Source: Phoronis australis (Eukaryota > Animalia > Phoronida). Taken from it: a stretch of 64,000 bases of DNA. The translations under genes were made by a program, and so were the position numbers. Below the pieces are notes generated by a model that did no database searches, was not told where the DNA came from, and saw nothing but the letters and a program-made list of their open reading frames with translations. The stretch covers positions 1 through 64,000 of the forward strand of contig NMRA01000982.1 of the NCBI GenBank assembly GCA_002633005.1. The letters run 5' to 3'. Positions 61,828 to 64,000 of this stretch are shown piece after piece. How positions within the stretch are numbered: position 1 is the first letter of the stretch; each line of letters opens with the position of its first letter.

Positions 61828-64000
61828 TGTCAGAATAAATATTGATTAAGTAATTAGTAATTTTAAGTTGACCAAAATTTGTGCATATGTACTTTTAAAT
61901 CATGGGGTCAGACTTGTTGACATGTACTTTAAGGTCAAAATCTATTTTTAGATGGGGTTTACAACTTTGGGTTCTGGGGTCAAAGTCGACTCTAGAGATT
62001 CTAGAAAATTCTGAGAACAAATTGTAACAGCCAATAATATGATTGGATATGATCATGTGGTTTTATTAGCCAATCACTAAATAAGTAGAATGTTATATTA
62101 TGGGCTGAAATCAACAAGATAATTAGATGAGCTATAGTTGTTGAAGCATAAAGACTTGTTACAGTGTACAAAGGAAATTGTACGACAGAGTCATCTGGTG
62201 GAAGATTCTAGAAAGGGTCTTGGCAAGGGTAAGAGTTAACGAACAGGAAGTTAACTAAGAGCTTGTCACTTGCATCGTGGGTAGTAAGATACAACATGAA
62301 CCTAAGTGTTGCGTCCGCATCAGCCACAGACTTTGACCAGCAAGAAGAATCGCGGGTAGAAGAAATTGCCTGCAAGTGTTGCACCACCAGAGACGGTGGC
62401 CGGCAAGTACACTGTCGCTATACAGTGTTTGTAGTTCGAAGATTCACCAACAGGACAGACATCCAACAAGAGGAGAGTCCTAGCTTGGATAGCAGATAAG
62501 ACATTTTTGATTATTTTGGTTGATTGATTAAAGTAATCTTTAAAGAGGGCGCTAGTGTAGTTAGTTTTCTTTGAAGTTAATTACTTTATTAACAACAGGT
62601 TTCACGTGTCTAATTAGAGGTTATCATATAATAAATTAATTACTGGATTTGATTATTCACTCTCCATCTACGCACAATCTCAAAGCATATCTACCTTTTA
62701 AACAAACTCACAGTCAATCGTCTGACATTTGGTGGCCAGTCCGGGAGCGTTTACATAAAGGTTTACGTGGTTGTGTTGAATTGTTTTGAATCCTGTAATT
62801 ACCGTTTGAATATTAATTAATAAAGTGCATTCTGGGAATAAAACCCTTCCTCTAGAATGGAATTTGAAAAATATTTTGCGCAAGCGAAAAAATTCGGTAT
62901 ACCGGTGAAGAGTTAAGGAAGTGCGCAGAGGAGCTCTTGCGGCAGGCCTTGGAGAGCTGTACTGCACAAACCAAAAAGAAAAGTATATAGATGTCGAGAT
63001 ATCAGACGAGCTCACTACTAACCAACGAAGGGAGGTGATAAGTCTGCTAGAAGAATACTCTGACATCTTTAGTGAAGTACCAGGTACGACCCATCTGGTT
63101 GAGCACAAGATTGAGACCATCAGTGGAGAGCCGGTGAGAGTCAAGCCGTATCCCCTGCCATATGCCACACGGACCGTTGTGCAGGAGGAAGTTGACAACA
63201 TGTTAAAGTGTGCAGTCATACAATTATTCGATGCTCCATATAACTCTCCGGTGGTCTTAGTGAAGAAGAAGAACGGTTCAAATCGATTCTGCATCGATTT
63301 TCGTCGTTTGAACGCCATCACCAAGGTTGACTCGGAACCGATGGGCAATCCTGATGACATCATGGCTAAGATCAGCAAAGACCAGTATTTTACGAAGATT
63401 GATCTAAGTAAAGGATACTGGCAAGTCATTGTCGCCGAAGAATCACGACCCAAGACCTCGTTTGTAGTACCAAGTGGTTGCTACAAGTTCGTAAAGATGC
63501 CATTTGGTCAGGTAAATTCAGCAGAGACCTTCAACCGAATGATGAGAAAGATGTTGGCAGGAGCACATAATACAAAACATTATGTGGATGACATTCTGTG
63601 CCATAATAAGACCTGGACTGAACACCTTGCCACCTTGCGAGACACCTTCCAACGTGTGCGAGAGGCTGGACTAACGATTCGACCCACCAAGTGTTCGGTT
63701 GGAATTCGTTCCGTCGATTTCGTTAAACATGTGGTCGGTGAAGGTCACCTGGCAATGGATGAAGAAAAACTGGGACGTATCCGAAATGCACCACGACCCA
63801 GAACGAAGAAACAAGTTCGTTCTTTTCTTGGGTTGGCTGGATACTACAGGAAGTTTATCCCAAACATTGCTGAAATCGCCGCCCCGCTTACTGAGCTCAC
63901 GAAGAAGAAACAGCCTAACACCATGCAATGGGAAGAAGCTCAGCAACATGCATTCGACACTCTTCGAGACCTGCTGACGAGAGCACCCATACTGAGATTA
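61828..64000 (+). mobile_element. Ty3/Gypsy LTR retrotransposon, internally deleted, running off the window
   Basis: 5' LTR 61828-62727 (TGTCAGA...TCTGACA), PBS-like TGGTGGCCAGTCCGGG at 62730, short gag-like start, then reverse transcriptase. Confidence 0.93.
62909..64000 (+). CDS. Gypsy pol: reverse transcriptase domain and connection region (open to the window end)
   Basis: Uninterrupted frame with HKIET, SPVVLVKKKNGSNRFCIDFRRLN, KIDLSKGYWQ, MPFGQVNS, YVDDIL, VRSFLGLAGYYRKFIPN. Confidence 0.95.

Noticed and set aside
62698-63453. 251-aa minus-strand ORF
   Set aside because: Antisense to the Gypsy reverse transcriptase frame.

Overview
This is eukaryotic (animal) genomic DNA, not prokaryotic. 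It is AT-rich, has GT-AG introns and many transposon relics, and shows a strong excess of TACATGTA. A marine invertebrate is likely, but the taxon cannot be fixed from sequence alone. Three spliced genes can be assembled by hand with consistent exon phases: (1) the 3' part (13 exons, 649-34493, +) of a VWA/Cache-domain protein of the CACHD1 / calcium-channel alpha2-delta family ending in a GPI-type hydrophobic tail; (2) a complete NTMT1 N-terminal methyltransferase (41138-43779, +); (3) a complete secreted, non-canonical C-type lectin (59703-56662, -). Introns and spacers hold a Kolobok-type THAP element with a nested solo LTR, a Helentron-type non-autonomous element, an IS3EU-type element with a 6-bp TSD, several MITEs and SINEs, an internally deleted Gypsy element and its inverted solo LTR, and a 3.6-kb fold-back structure whose arms are arrays of a 21-bp unit built on the palindrome TCTATCGATAGA. 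No CRISPR array, rRNA or genuine tRNA was found. An assembly gap lies at 45984-46095. All family calls come from motif recognition by eye, with no database searches.
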